Source: Candidatus Latescibacterota bacterium
GTDB lineage: Bacteria; Latescibacterota; UBA2968; UBA8231
Assembly: GCA_965243025.1 (NCBI GenBank)
Contig: CBDETY010000003.1
Coordinates: forward strand, 160,001-224,000
Reading direction: 5' to 3'
Length of the DNA stretch: 64,000 nt
Shown: one piece after another, positions 1 through 7,934 of the stretch
Layout: the number at the start of each line of letters is the position of its first letter
Numbering within the stretch: the first letter of the stretch is position 1
Program-made: the position numbers and the translations under genes
The notes under the pieces: model-generated
Database searches by the model: none
What the model saw: the letters and a program-made list of their open reading frames with translations, nothing else
Told to the model about the DNA's origin: nothing

Positions 1-807
1 AAACCTGCCGTCCTCTTGGTTCTCGACCTGGAGGAACCCCATGGACCTGTCTACGGCGGACTGCCAGGGCAGCAGAAGATCGAAGTCTCCGTCCCCGTCG
101 AGGTCGGAAATGCCGGAGGGAGACCTCCGAGGCCCGTGAGGCTCGCCGATCCCTTCCTGGTCGAGAGGGAGGAACCGGCTTTCGGCGAATAGAGCGCCCC
201 CTGTGCATGGGGGGGCCGTACCGGGGAGAGTTCCCCCGCGGTCCCGGAACCGGTCGACGAGCTCTATCTCTTCTATTTCAAGGAAGCGCGCGGCGTCTGA
301 CTCCGGAAGACCGGAGCAGCGGCCCACCGCTACCCGGAGGTCTGTCAGGTTCTCGTCCCAGACCAGTTCCTCCCTGGTGAGATCGAACTCGACATCCGTC
401 CAGGAGTCCGACAGAACCGTCTCGACTAGCAAAGCGAAGCGGCTTTTTCCCCGTGGTTTCGGATCCTGCCCCGGGTGCTGCTCGTTATGACTGTTCGTCC
501 AGGTCAGAGCGACCGTGCAGTCCGTTCCCGGCGACCCGGGAAGACGGAGGCGTACCTTGGCGCGGCTGAACCGGTCCGACTCTAGGTTCAACCGCGGCGA
601 CAGCAGAAGGGGAAGGCGGTGATCCTGCAGTTGCAGGGCAAACCGGAGCCTACCGTCTGCTGCCACCACATCAATAGGTGGTTGAAACCCAAGGGAGGGG
701 GTTCGTTGGCGCACTTGCCAGCCCTGCAAGCCCGAGCTGAAATCCCACTTCGTGCCGAGCGCAGGACCAGCCTGCAGTGCAACGATCAGAACAGCGGACC
801 GAAGCAT
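1..807 (-). CDS. Secreted FG-GAP repeat protein, paralog of 1489-3708 and 3849-6065; 3' end runs off the window
   Basis: Absent from the ORF track because its stop is outside the window. Manual translation from ATG 807: MLRSAVLIVALQAGPALGTKWDFSSGLQGWQVRQ...LLSPRLNLESDRFSRAKVRLRL...PSGISDLDGDGDFDLLLPW, which aligns with WEFEEDTQGWQIR, ISPQLNLDSGLFDRVEIRLRF and GIADLDGDGDLDVLVPW in the paralogs. AAAGGA lies upstream. Confidence 0.88.
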   Translation of the reverse strand, partial: MLRSAVLIVALQAGPALGTKWDFSSGLQGWQVRQRTPSLGFQPPIDVVAADGRLRFALQLQDHRLPLLLSPRLNLESDRFSRAKVRLRLPGSPGTDCTVALTWTNSHNEQHPGQDPKPRGKSRFALLVETVLSDSWTDVEFDLTREELVWDENLTDLRVAVGRCSGLPESDAARFLEIEEIELVDRFRDRGGTLPGTAPPCTGGALFAESRFLPLDQEGIGEPHGPRRSPSGISDLDGDGDFDLLLPWQSAVDRSMGFLQVENQEDGRF

Positions 808-829
808 GGGATTTCCTTTGCCCCTCCCC

Positions 830-874
830 AAAAAAAAGGCTGGAGGGGCTATATGCTACCATCCCTCCAGCCTT
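830..874 (-). terminator. Intrinsic terminator downstream of the Cys-rich peptide gene
   Basis: Minus strand: stem AGGCTGGAGGG...CCCTCCAGCCT followed by a run of T. Confidence 0.8.
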
Positions 875-917
875 TCCTTGGCCTAGGATTTCCTAGGTGA
901 TTTTTTTTGTCCTCTCT

Positions 918-1214
918 CTAGCCCGGGCAAGTGGACCCCCTGCACCCAGACTCATTACTAACAAAACCGCCGGATCTACAACACTTGTAAACCAAACGTT
1001 CTCCCCAAGGACAACAACCACCGTGCCAGTGCCAACTTCCGCAAGTGTAATCCACTGAAGGACAGCCTGTCGTGTGTGCCTCCGCAGGTTGGAAGGTGCC
1101 GAAGATCATACCTACGGCCAAAATTGCGACTAGGACGAATCCCAGGGAAATCCCTGTCTTCTCCGCGACAATGCCGCTGTCGGAGCCGAAGAACTCGATC
1201 AGTGATGTTTTCAT
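918..1214 (-). CDS. Small secreted cysteine-rich protein (98 aa; predicted 52-aa mature peptide with 8 Cys)
   Basis: RBS GGAGAGG before the ATG, hydrophobic h-region, AEA signal-peptidase-I-like site, Cys pattern C-x6-C-x8-CC-x9-CC-x11-C-x4-C, and its own terminator. Confidence 0.8.
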   Translation of the reverse strand: MKTSLIEFFGSDSGIVAEKTGISLGFVLVAILAVGMIFGTFQPAEAHTTGCPSVDYTCGSWHWHGGCCPWGERLVYKCCRSGGFVSNESGCRGSTCPG

Positions 1215-1488
1215 GGCATCCTCTCCATGCTGTGGGGAAACTTACCTCGTGGAAATGAATATGCGGCCGAGTTGTTAGGATGATCAACCCAAACAGTCAA
1301 AAAAAGTCTGATCCTTGGAAGAACTCAGGAACAAATGATGAAAATACATTCCAAATTTAAATGATATGATTAAATGAGGATATTCTGCCAATATACCAAA
1401 AATTTGATGAAAAAGTCACAGTTTTGGCAAAAAGTCTGGGAAAAGCTTTTTTTACTATTCGTGAGACTCAACTCACATACAGGAGGAC

Positions 1489-3708
1489 ATGACGATGCGG
1501 ATCCCTGCCATCGCAGCATTCCTCGCTTTGACCACCTCCTCCGGGGCGATCACCTGGGAGTTCGAGGAGGACACCCAGGGCTGGCAGATCCGGCTCGGGG
1601 GCTCCAGCGGCAGCTTCTTCCCACCTCTCGATGCAGAGGTCGAGGAGGGGGTGCTCAGGATCCCTGTTACGGAACAGTTCCTTGAGCAGGTCGATTTCGG
1701 GGGCGAAGGCTATCTCTATGACCGCTATCCCGTCCTGATATCGCCGCAGCTGAACCTCGATTCCGGGCTCTTCGACCGGGTCGAGATTCGCCTGCGTTTC
1801 GTGCATCCGGATCCGGTTGCGACGGGAGTGTTCCTTTCCTGGATAAATGACCTCGACGCCAGTGAGTTCGGAGTGTCCCATGTCGAGCTGCCGGGGATCC
1901 TGGTCCCCGCGGTATTCACCTCGGAATGGCAGGAGGTGGTGTTCCATTCTCTGGACGAGGAGGAGCAATGGGACTCGGATGCCACGTGGGGTGGGATTCT
2001 GGAGGAGATCCGGCTTTCCATCGACCTGTTCGAGAGCTCGGAAGAGCGCCGGGAACCGGTCGACCTGAGCGAGCTGCCGGAGTGGGTGGAGATCGACCGC
2101 ATCGTGCTGACCGGGGTAGAGGAGCGCTTGCAGGGGGAGCTTCCCCCTCCGGAAGTATCGGCAACCCATGCTCCCGGCCTGCTGTTCGGGCCGTCCCAAT
2201 TCGTACCGATGGGGCAGGAGGGGTTGGGGCGTGTTACAACCACCGGGTTTCCGGGAACGGGGATTGCGGACCTCGACGGGGATGGGGATCTCGATGTGCT
2301 GGTGCCTTGGAGTTTGTTCGACCCGGATCGGTGTGGGTTCATGGCGGCGATGAACGACGGAACGGGCGTATTGAGCGAGACGTGGCGACCGGTGCCTGAG
2401 GTCTCGGTCGGGGGGCGGCCGTTCTACTTGCTGGGCGGATTGGTCGATGTCAACGGGGACGGACGCGTGGACCTGTTCTACCGTCACGTCGGGTTGGGGG
2501 TGTGGCTGACCGATGCGGAGGCCCCGGGGAGGTACGTCCACCAGGCGATCCCGGGCATGGGTCCGGACGACCAGGACGGGGACGGGATACACGACGGAAA
2601 CCCGAGATACCTCGACGACTTCGACGGAGACGAAGACGTCGACCTGCTGGTCTCGGTATACCGGTGGACGACGACAGGTGACTCTTTTCTGCGGCTGCTG
2701 CTCAACGATGGCGAGGGCGGCTATTCACCTGGAGACTTCTGGGAGTTTCCGCAGTACTGGGCGAGACGAGTGCGCGACTTCGACGGAGATGGGAAGCTGG
2801 ATTTGAGGTGGTTTCCCATCGATTCTCAGTACAATCCCCGGGCCCGGATCGTGATGCTGCTGAGCTACAACATCCTGGAATCAGGCACGGAGCAGACCTT
2901 CGAGATGGTGGTCGAGGACGCAAGTGGCCTGGATTTACCTATGCCGTTCGCATACGGGGACTTCAGCGGGGACGGGGCCTTCGACATGATCCTTCCCGGG
3001 AGGACGGTAGAGGAGTGGGGCAGGGACCGCCACAGCATGCTGATCGCGGTGAACGACGGCACTGACCAGCATTTCGAGCTCATGCCCTGGCAGGGGGAGG
3101 AGGTCGTGTACGACCACATCTCTGATTTCCCTACCAGCATTGACCTGAACGGAGACGGCCTGCTGGACGTGGTGGTGGCAAACCGCCACCGGCGAACCGG
3201 CCGGAACGTCATCGTCTACCTCGGCCAGAAAGACGGCTTTCCGATCGAGGAGGGGCGGTACGGGCTGGCAGGGTTCGGGAACGCGGTCTGGGCCGGCGAC
3301 CTCGACGCGGACGCAGACCTGGACCTGGTGGTGATCGACGGCCAGTACCGGGGCGGGGGGCTGCACGTGCTCTACAACCGGCTCGACCCGCCCACCGCAG
3401 TCGAGGTGTCCTCAGCGGCGGTTCCGGACGCCCATTCACTGGGGCAAGCCTACCCCAACCCCTTCAACCCCGACCTGGCGATTCCGCTGACTCTTGCCCA
3501 GGCTGAGCGGCAGGTAACGGTTCGCGTCTACAACAGCCTCGGGCAGGAGGTTCGGCGCTTGACCCATGGGCCCCTGGACGCGGGGCACCACTCCCTGGCC
3601 TGGGACGGCCGGGACCGCGGCGGTCACCCAGTGGCCTCCGGGAGCTATCTGCTGAAGGTCAGCGCCGGCGACTGGGAGGCGGCGCGCAAGGTAGTGAAGG
3701 CCCGGTAG
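1489..3708 (+). CDS. Secreted FG-GAP/VCBS repeat (beta-propeller) protein with N-terminal beta-sandwich-like domain and C-terminal FlgD-Ig/T9SS-like domain
   Basis: AGGAGG RBS, signal peptide, about 7 DxDGDGxxD motifs, C-terminal QAYPNPFNP...VYNSLGQEVR...WDGRD...SGSYL. Confidence 0.9.
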   Translation: MTMRIPAIAAFLALTTSSGAITWEFEEDTQGWQIRLGGSSGSFFPPLDAEVEEGVLRIPVTEQFLEQVDFGGEGYLYDRYPVLISPQLNLDSGLFDRVEIRLRFVHPDPVATGVFLSWINDLDASEFGVSHVELPGILVPAVFTSEWQEVVFHSLDEEEQWDSDATWGGILEEIRLSIDLFESSEERREPVDLSELPEWVEIDRIVLTGVEERLQGELPPPEVSATHAPGLLFGPSQFVPMGQEGLGRVTTTGFPGTGIADLDGDGDLDVLVPWSLFDPDRCGFMAAMNDGTGVLSETWRPVPEVSVGGRPFYLLGGLVDVNGDGRVDLFYRHVGLGVWLTDAEAPGRYVHQAIPGMGPDDQDGDGIHDGNPRYLDDFDGDEDVDLLVSVYRWTTTGDSFLRLLLNDGEGGYSPGDFWEFPQYWARRVRDFDGDGKLDLRWFPIDSQYNPRARIVMLLSYNILESGTEQTFEMVVEDASGLDLPMPFAYGDFSGDGAFDMILPGRTVEEWGRDRHSMLIAVNDGTDQHFELMPWQGEEVVYDHISDFPTSIDLNGDGLLDVVVANRHRRTGRNVIVYLGQKDGFPIEEGRYGLAGFGNAVWAGDLDADADLDLVVIDGQYRGGGLHVLYNRLDPPTAVEVSSAAVPDAHSLGQAYPNPFNPDLAIPLTLAQAERQVTVRVYNSLGQEVRRLTHGPLDAGHHSLAWDGRDRGGHPVASGSYLLKVSAGDWEAARKVVKAR

Positions 3709-3842
3709 CGTCCCCGGGGCTCAGTTTGCACACGGGTTCGTGCTTACCCAAAAGGCCGGCCATCCCGGCGACCCAGATAGACGTGCCGGGTACAAACTGA
3801 ACCGGTTTTCACACCCCGGGCCATTCCCAGATACAGGAGGGT

Positions 3843-6065
3843 ATGGAAATGCGAACCGTAGCCATGGCGGCATTGCTTCTCGCTTTTACCACCTCCCCCG
3901 GGGCGATCACCTGGGAGTTCGAGGAGGACACCCAGGGCTGGCAGATCCGTCTCGGGGGCTCCTCCGGCAGCTTCTTCCCACCTCTCGATGCGGTGGTCGA
4001 GGAAGGGGTGCTCAGGATACCTGTTACGGAACAGTTCCTTGAGCAAGTCGATTACAGGGGCGAGGGCTATCTCTATGACCGCTATCCCGTCCTGATATCG
4101 CCGCAGCTGGACCTCGATTCCGGGCTCTTCGACCGGGTCGAGATTCGCCTGCGTTTCGTGCATCCGGATCCGGTGGCGACGGGAGTGTTCCTTTCCTGGA
4201 TAAATGACCTCGACGCCAGTGAGTTCGGAGTGTCCCATATCGAGCTGCCTGGGATCCTGGTCCCCACGGTATTCACCTCGGAATGGCAGGAGGTGGTGTT
4301 CCATTCTCTGGACGAGGAGGAGCAATGGGACTCGGATGCCACCTGGGGTGGGATTCTGGAGGAGATCCGGCTTTCCATCGACCTGTTCGAGAGCTCGGAA
4401 GAGCGCCGGGAGCCTGTCGACCTGAGCGAGCTGCCGGAGTGGGTGGAGATCGACCGCATCGTGCTGACCGGGGTGGAGGAGCGCCTGCAGGGGGAGCTTC
4501 CGCCTCCGGAGGTATCGGCAACCCATGCTCCCGGCCTGCTGTTCGGTCCGCCCCAATTCGTGCCGATGGGGCAGGAGGGGTTGGGGCGTGCTACAACCAC
4601 CGGGTTTCCGGGCACGGGGATTGCGGACCTCGACGGGGATGGGGATCTCGATGTGCTGGTACCTTGGGGGGCGTCCGGGCCGGATAGAGGCGGCTTCGTA
4701 GCGGCGATGAACGATGGAACGGGGGTGCTCAGCGAGGTCCACCGGCCGGTGCCTTCCAGGGCGGTCGACTTTCACCCCATTTACTACCTGGGCGGGTTGG
4801 CCGACGCCAACGGGGATGGTCTGGTAGACCTGTTCTACCGTCACGTAGGGTTGGGGGTGTGGCTGACGGATGCGGAGGCCCCGGGGAGGTACGTCCATCA
4901 GGCGATCCCGGGAATGGGTCCGGACGACCAGGACGGGGACGGGGTACACGACGGATTCCCCAAATACCTCGACGACTTCGACGGAGACGGAGACGTCGAC
5001 CTGCTGGTCGAGGTATACCGGTGGACGACGACGGATGACTCTTTTCTGCGGCTGCTGCTCAACGACGGGGAGGGCGGTTATTCACCTGGAGACTTCTGGG
5101 AGTTTCCGCAGTACTGGGCGGGGCCGGTGCGCGACTTCGACGGAGATGGGAACCTGGATATGAGGTGGTTTCCCATGGATGCTCTGTACAACCCCCGGGC
5201 AAGGATCGTGATGCTGCTGAGCTACAACATCCTGGAATCAGGCACGGAGCAGACCTTCGAGATGGTGGTCGAGGACGCAAGTGGCCTGGATTATCCTATG
5301 CCGTTCGCATACGGGGACTTCAGCGGGGACGGGGCCTTCGACATGATCCTGCCCGGTAGGCTGGTAAGGGAGGGGGGTAGGGACCGGCACAGCATGCTGA
5401 TCGCGGAGAACGATGGCTCCAACCAGCATTTCGAGCTCATGCCCTGGCAGGGGGAGGAGGTCGTGTACGACGACATCTCTGGTTACCCTACCAGCATTGA
5501 CCTGAACGGAGACGGGCTGCTGGACGTGGTGGTGGCCAACCGCCACCGGCGAACCGGCCGGAACGTCATCGTCTACCTCGGCCAGAAGGACGGCTTTCCG
5601 ATCGAGGAGGGGCGGTACGGACTGGCTGGGTTCGGGAACGCGGTCTGGCCGGGCGACCTCGACGGGGACGCAGACCTGGACCTGGTGGTGATCGACGGCC
5701 AGTACCGGGGCGGGGGGCTGCACGTGCTCTACAACCGGCTCGACCCGGCGACCGCGGTCGAGACGGCCTCGGCGGCGGTTCCGGACGCCCATGCGTTGGG
5801 GCAAGCCTACCCCAACCCCTTCAACCCCGACGTGGCGATTCCGCTGACTCTTGCCCAGGCTGAGCGGCAGGTAACGGTTCGCGTCTACAACAGCCTCGGG
5901 CAGGAGGTTCGGCGCTTGACCCATGGGCCCCTGGCCGCCGGGCACCACTCCCTTTCCTGGGACGGGCGGGACCGCGGCGGTCAGCCGGTCGCCTCGGGGA
6001 GCTACCTGCTGAAGGTCAGCGCCGGGGACTGGGAGGCGGCCCGCAAGGTAGTGAAGGCCCGGTAA
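3843..6065 (+). CDS. Tandem paralog of the FG-GAP repeat protein (start at ATG 3843 or 3849)
   Basis: Same architecture as 1489-3708 with long identical nucleotide tracts; same ATACAGGAGG RBS. Confidence 0.9.
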   Translation: MEMRTVAMAALLLAFTTSPGAITWEFEEDTQGWQIRLGGSSGSFFPPLDAVVEEGVLRIPVTEQFLEQVDYRGEGYLYDRYPVLISPQLDLDSGLFDRVEIRLRFVHPDPVATGVFLSWINDLDASEFGVSHIELPGILVPTVFTSEWQEVVFHSLDEEEQWDSDATWGGILEEIRLSIDLFESSEERREPVDLSELPEWVEIDRIVLTGVEERLQGELPPPEVSATHAPGLLFGPPQFVPMGQEGLGRATTTGFPGTGIADLDGDGDLDVLVPWGASGPDRGGFVAAMNDGTGVLSEVHRPVPSRAVDFHPIYYLGGLADANGDGLVDLFYRHVGLGVWLTDAEAPGRYVHQAIPGMGPDDQDGDGVHDGFPKYLDDFDGDGDVDLLVEVYRWTTTDDSFLRLLLNDGEGGYSPGDFWEFPQYWAGPVRDFDGDGNLDMRWFPMDALYNPRARIVMLLSYNILESGTEQTFEMVVEDASGLDYPMPFAYGDFSGDGAFDMILPGRLVREGGRDRHSMLIAENDGSNQHFELMPWQGEEVVYDDISGYPTSIDLNGDGLLDVVVANRHRRTGRNVIVYLGQKDGFPIEEGRYGLAGFGNAVWPGDLDGDADLDLVVIDGQYRGGGLHVLYNRLDPATAVETASAAVPDAHALGQAYPNPFNPDVAIPLTLAQAERQVTVRVYNSLGQEVRRLTHGPLAAGHHSLSWDGRDRGGQPVASGSYLLKVSAGDWEAARKVVKAR

Positions 6066-6107
6066 ACCCGGGTTCGTACCCGGTCCGGTCTCCCGGGCTG
6101 GGTGCCG

Positions 6108-6677
6108 TCACCCGCTCCCGGTGTCGAAACCGTCGGCGAGCGCCCGCAAAAGGGACTCGGGGTCGGCCTCGACGCGCAGCAGCGACCGGTGCCCGGGGCT
6201 GAGGAACTGCTGTTCGACCGCTTCGTCGAGGAAGGCGATCAGGTGGTCGAAATAGCCGCCCGTGTTGAGCAGCCCGACCGGTTTTGCGTGGAAACCGAGC
6301 TGCGACCAGGCCAGCGCCTCGAACAGCTCCTCCATGGTGCCGTACCCGCCCGGCAACGCCGCGAAGGCGTCCGAGCGGCGGGCCATGTGCGCCTTGCGCT
6401 CGTGCATGTCGCCGGCGACGATCAGTTCGTGCAGGTTTCCGTGGGCGGCCTCCTGCTCCTGCAGGGCGCGGGGGATCACACCGACGACGCGGCCCCCGGC
6501 TTCGAGAGCGGCCACGGCCACGGCCCCCATCAGCCCGACGTTCCCTCCGCCGTACACCAGTCCCATCCCCGAACGGGCGATGGTCCTGCCCAGGGCCTCG
6601 GCTTCGCGGCGGTACTCCTCTCCCCGGCCGGACTTCGAGCCGCAGTACACGCAGATGTTCCGGGTGGTTCCGTTCAT
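6108..6677 (-). CDS. LOG family nucleotide phosphoribohydrolase (TIGR00730-like)
   Basis: ICVYCGS, VYGGGNVGLMG, MHERK and PGGYGTMEE motifs. Confidence 0.9.
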   Translation of the reverse strand: MNGTTRNICVYCGSKSGRGEEYRREAEALGRTIARSGMGLVYGGGNVGLMGAVAVAALEAGGRVVGVIPRALQEQEAAHGNLHELIVAGDMHERKAHMARRSDAFAALPGGYGTMEELFEALAWSQLGFHAKPVGLLNTGGYFDHLIAFLDEAVEQQFLSPGHRSLLRVEADPESLLRALADGFDTGSG

Positions 6678-6949
6678 GTCGCTTTCCGGGGTCTTCCCGA
6701 TGAGACCAAAGAAAAACAAGCCGTGATCCCAATTCCGGCTCGTTGGCCGAGGCGGGGGTCAGGGGCGCACTTCCAGGTCCAGACTGTCAGCCGCAACCCG
6801 CCGTCAGCGCGTTGGAGCGGCCGGGATTCCGCAAACTCCGGACCCGGACCTCCCGGTGCCGGGTCGGCGGGGTGGAAGCGCGGTGTCCACGAACAGAGGT
6901 GCAGCGAGTCCCCCTCTTATCCGCAAACCCTCCGCAGGCGAGCAGACCA

Positions 6950-7489
6950 TTATCCCCCCATACCCGGTCGCGCGCCGGCAAGGGCGGCATCGGCGGGAAG
7001 GACCTGCCCGGCGTTTTCGGGGGTTGCCACAGGGGCTGAACTCAGCCGTGCGGACATCAACTCGCTCATCTCCCGGGCGGAAGGGGCGGCGAGAAGGAGG
7101 TGGACGAAGTCGCTGTCCCCGAAGGCCCCGGCGAGGAGGGAGAGGAGGCCGAGGTAGGGGCGCGGCGAGTCCATCGGCACGGCGATCACGCAGACCGCAC
7201 GCACCGCGCAGAGGTCGTCGCCGCTCGGGTAGTAGATCGGCTCGTCGCACACACCCAGGGCCATCCCCAGGCCGGTGACGCTGCGGGCGCGGGCATGAGG
7301 AAGAGCGATGGTGCCGCCTATCACGGTGCTGCCCAGGTTCTCCCGTTCGAGAACCAGCTGCAAGAAACTGAGGCTGTCGTTGAGCCGTCCGGCGCGGTAG
7401 AGGCGGTCGACGAGCTGTTTGATGGCGCCGATCTTGGAGTCGGAACGGAGACGGGGGACCATCATGGTCTGTTCGAGCAGACCGGACAT
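6950..7489 (-). CDS. PTS EIIA domain protein (PtsN/fructose-mannitol type); start could be 7561
   Basis: RENLGSTVIGGTIALPHAR with the phospho-acceptor His. Confidence 0.85.
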   Translation of the reverse strand: MSGLLEQTMMVPRLRSDSKIGAIKQLVDRLYRAGRLNDSLSFLQLVLERENLGSTVIGGTIALPHARARSVTGLGMALGVCDEPIYYPSGDDLCAVRAVCVIAVPMDSPRPYLGLLSLLAGAFGDSDFVHLLLAAPSAREMSELMSARLSSAPVATPENAGQVLPADAALAGARPGMGG

Positions 7490-7780
7490 GGCGGGAAAGG
7501 CCCCGGGAGGGTTGCCTGCTGCAAAATCTGCGTCGCTGTCCGCGGCGTCGCGGAAAATCATCGTAACTGGTTGTTTATTCTTGCTTAATGAAAATCGGAC
7601 AGCAGGGGTTGGCGGGCTGCATTAATTGCACGGTATCGAGAAGAGTCGGGGCAATGACCTTAACAATGTTGGCGGGCCCAACTCCCGGTGAGATTCCGTG
7701 GCCCGAGGCGGGGAATCGCGGTGGTTTTCGGAATTCCGGGCGGGCAGTTGCCGGCGCAACCCCCGGCCGCCAACGATCTA

Positions 7781-7796
7781 TGCAAACTCGGTGCCA
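7781..7796 (-). promoter_or_regulatory. Sigma-54 (-24/-12) promoter
   Basis: Minus strand TGGCACCGAGTTTGCA matches TGGCAC-N5-TTGCA exactly; intergenic and next to an NtrC-family gene. Confidence 0.75.
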
Positions 7797-7934
7797 GGGG
7801 TCGGAACAGTATCGTTTACTTGCTGTTTTATCTCAGGTTGCGCGAATTACAAAAAAACCCGGGAAGTCGTGTTCCCGCCTTGCCACCTCCGGAAGGTGGG
7901 CCTCGGTGCAAGAATTGCATACAGGCGAACCAGG

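Larger units (their letters stand above)
1478..6066 (+). repeat. Tandem ~2.2-kb gene duplication (about 1478-3708 and 3831-6066)
   Basis: Both units begin at ATACAGGAGG and end ...GTAGTGAAGGCCCGGTA(G/A). Confidence 0.9.

Noticed and set aside
1200-1230. The Cys-rich peptide RBS (GAGGAUG) as a specific target of the candidate sRNA loop CAUCCUC
   Set aside because: A 7-nt match overlapping a generic SD sequence is expected by chance; it cannot be supported without a genome-wide target calculation.
1489-6065. Diversity-generating retroelement as the cause of the paralog differences
   Set aside because: Differences are not adenine-specific, both copies are full-length ORFs, and no reverse transcriptase is in the window.
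7904-7920. Plus-strand GG-N10-GC (CGGTGCAAGAATTGCA) as a sigma-54 promoter
   Set aside because: Poor -24 match and it points into the 3' end of an oppositely oriented gene; better read as a TGCA-N5-TGCA binding site.
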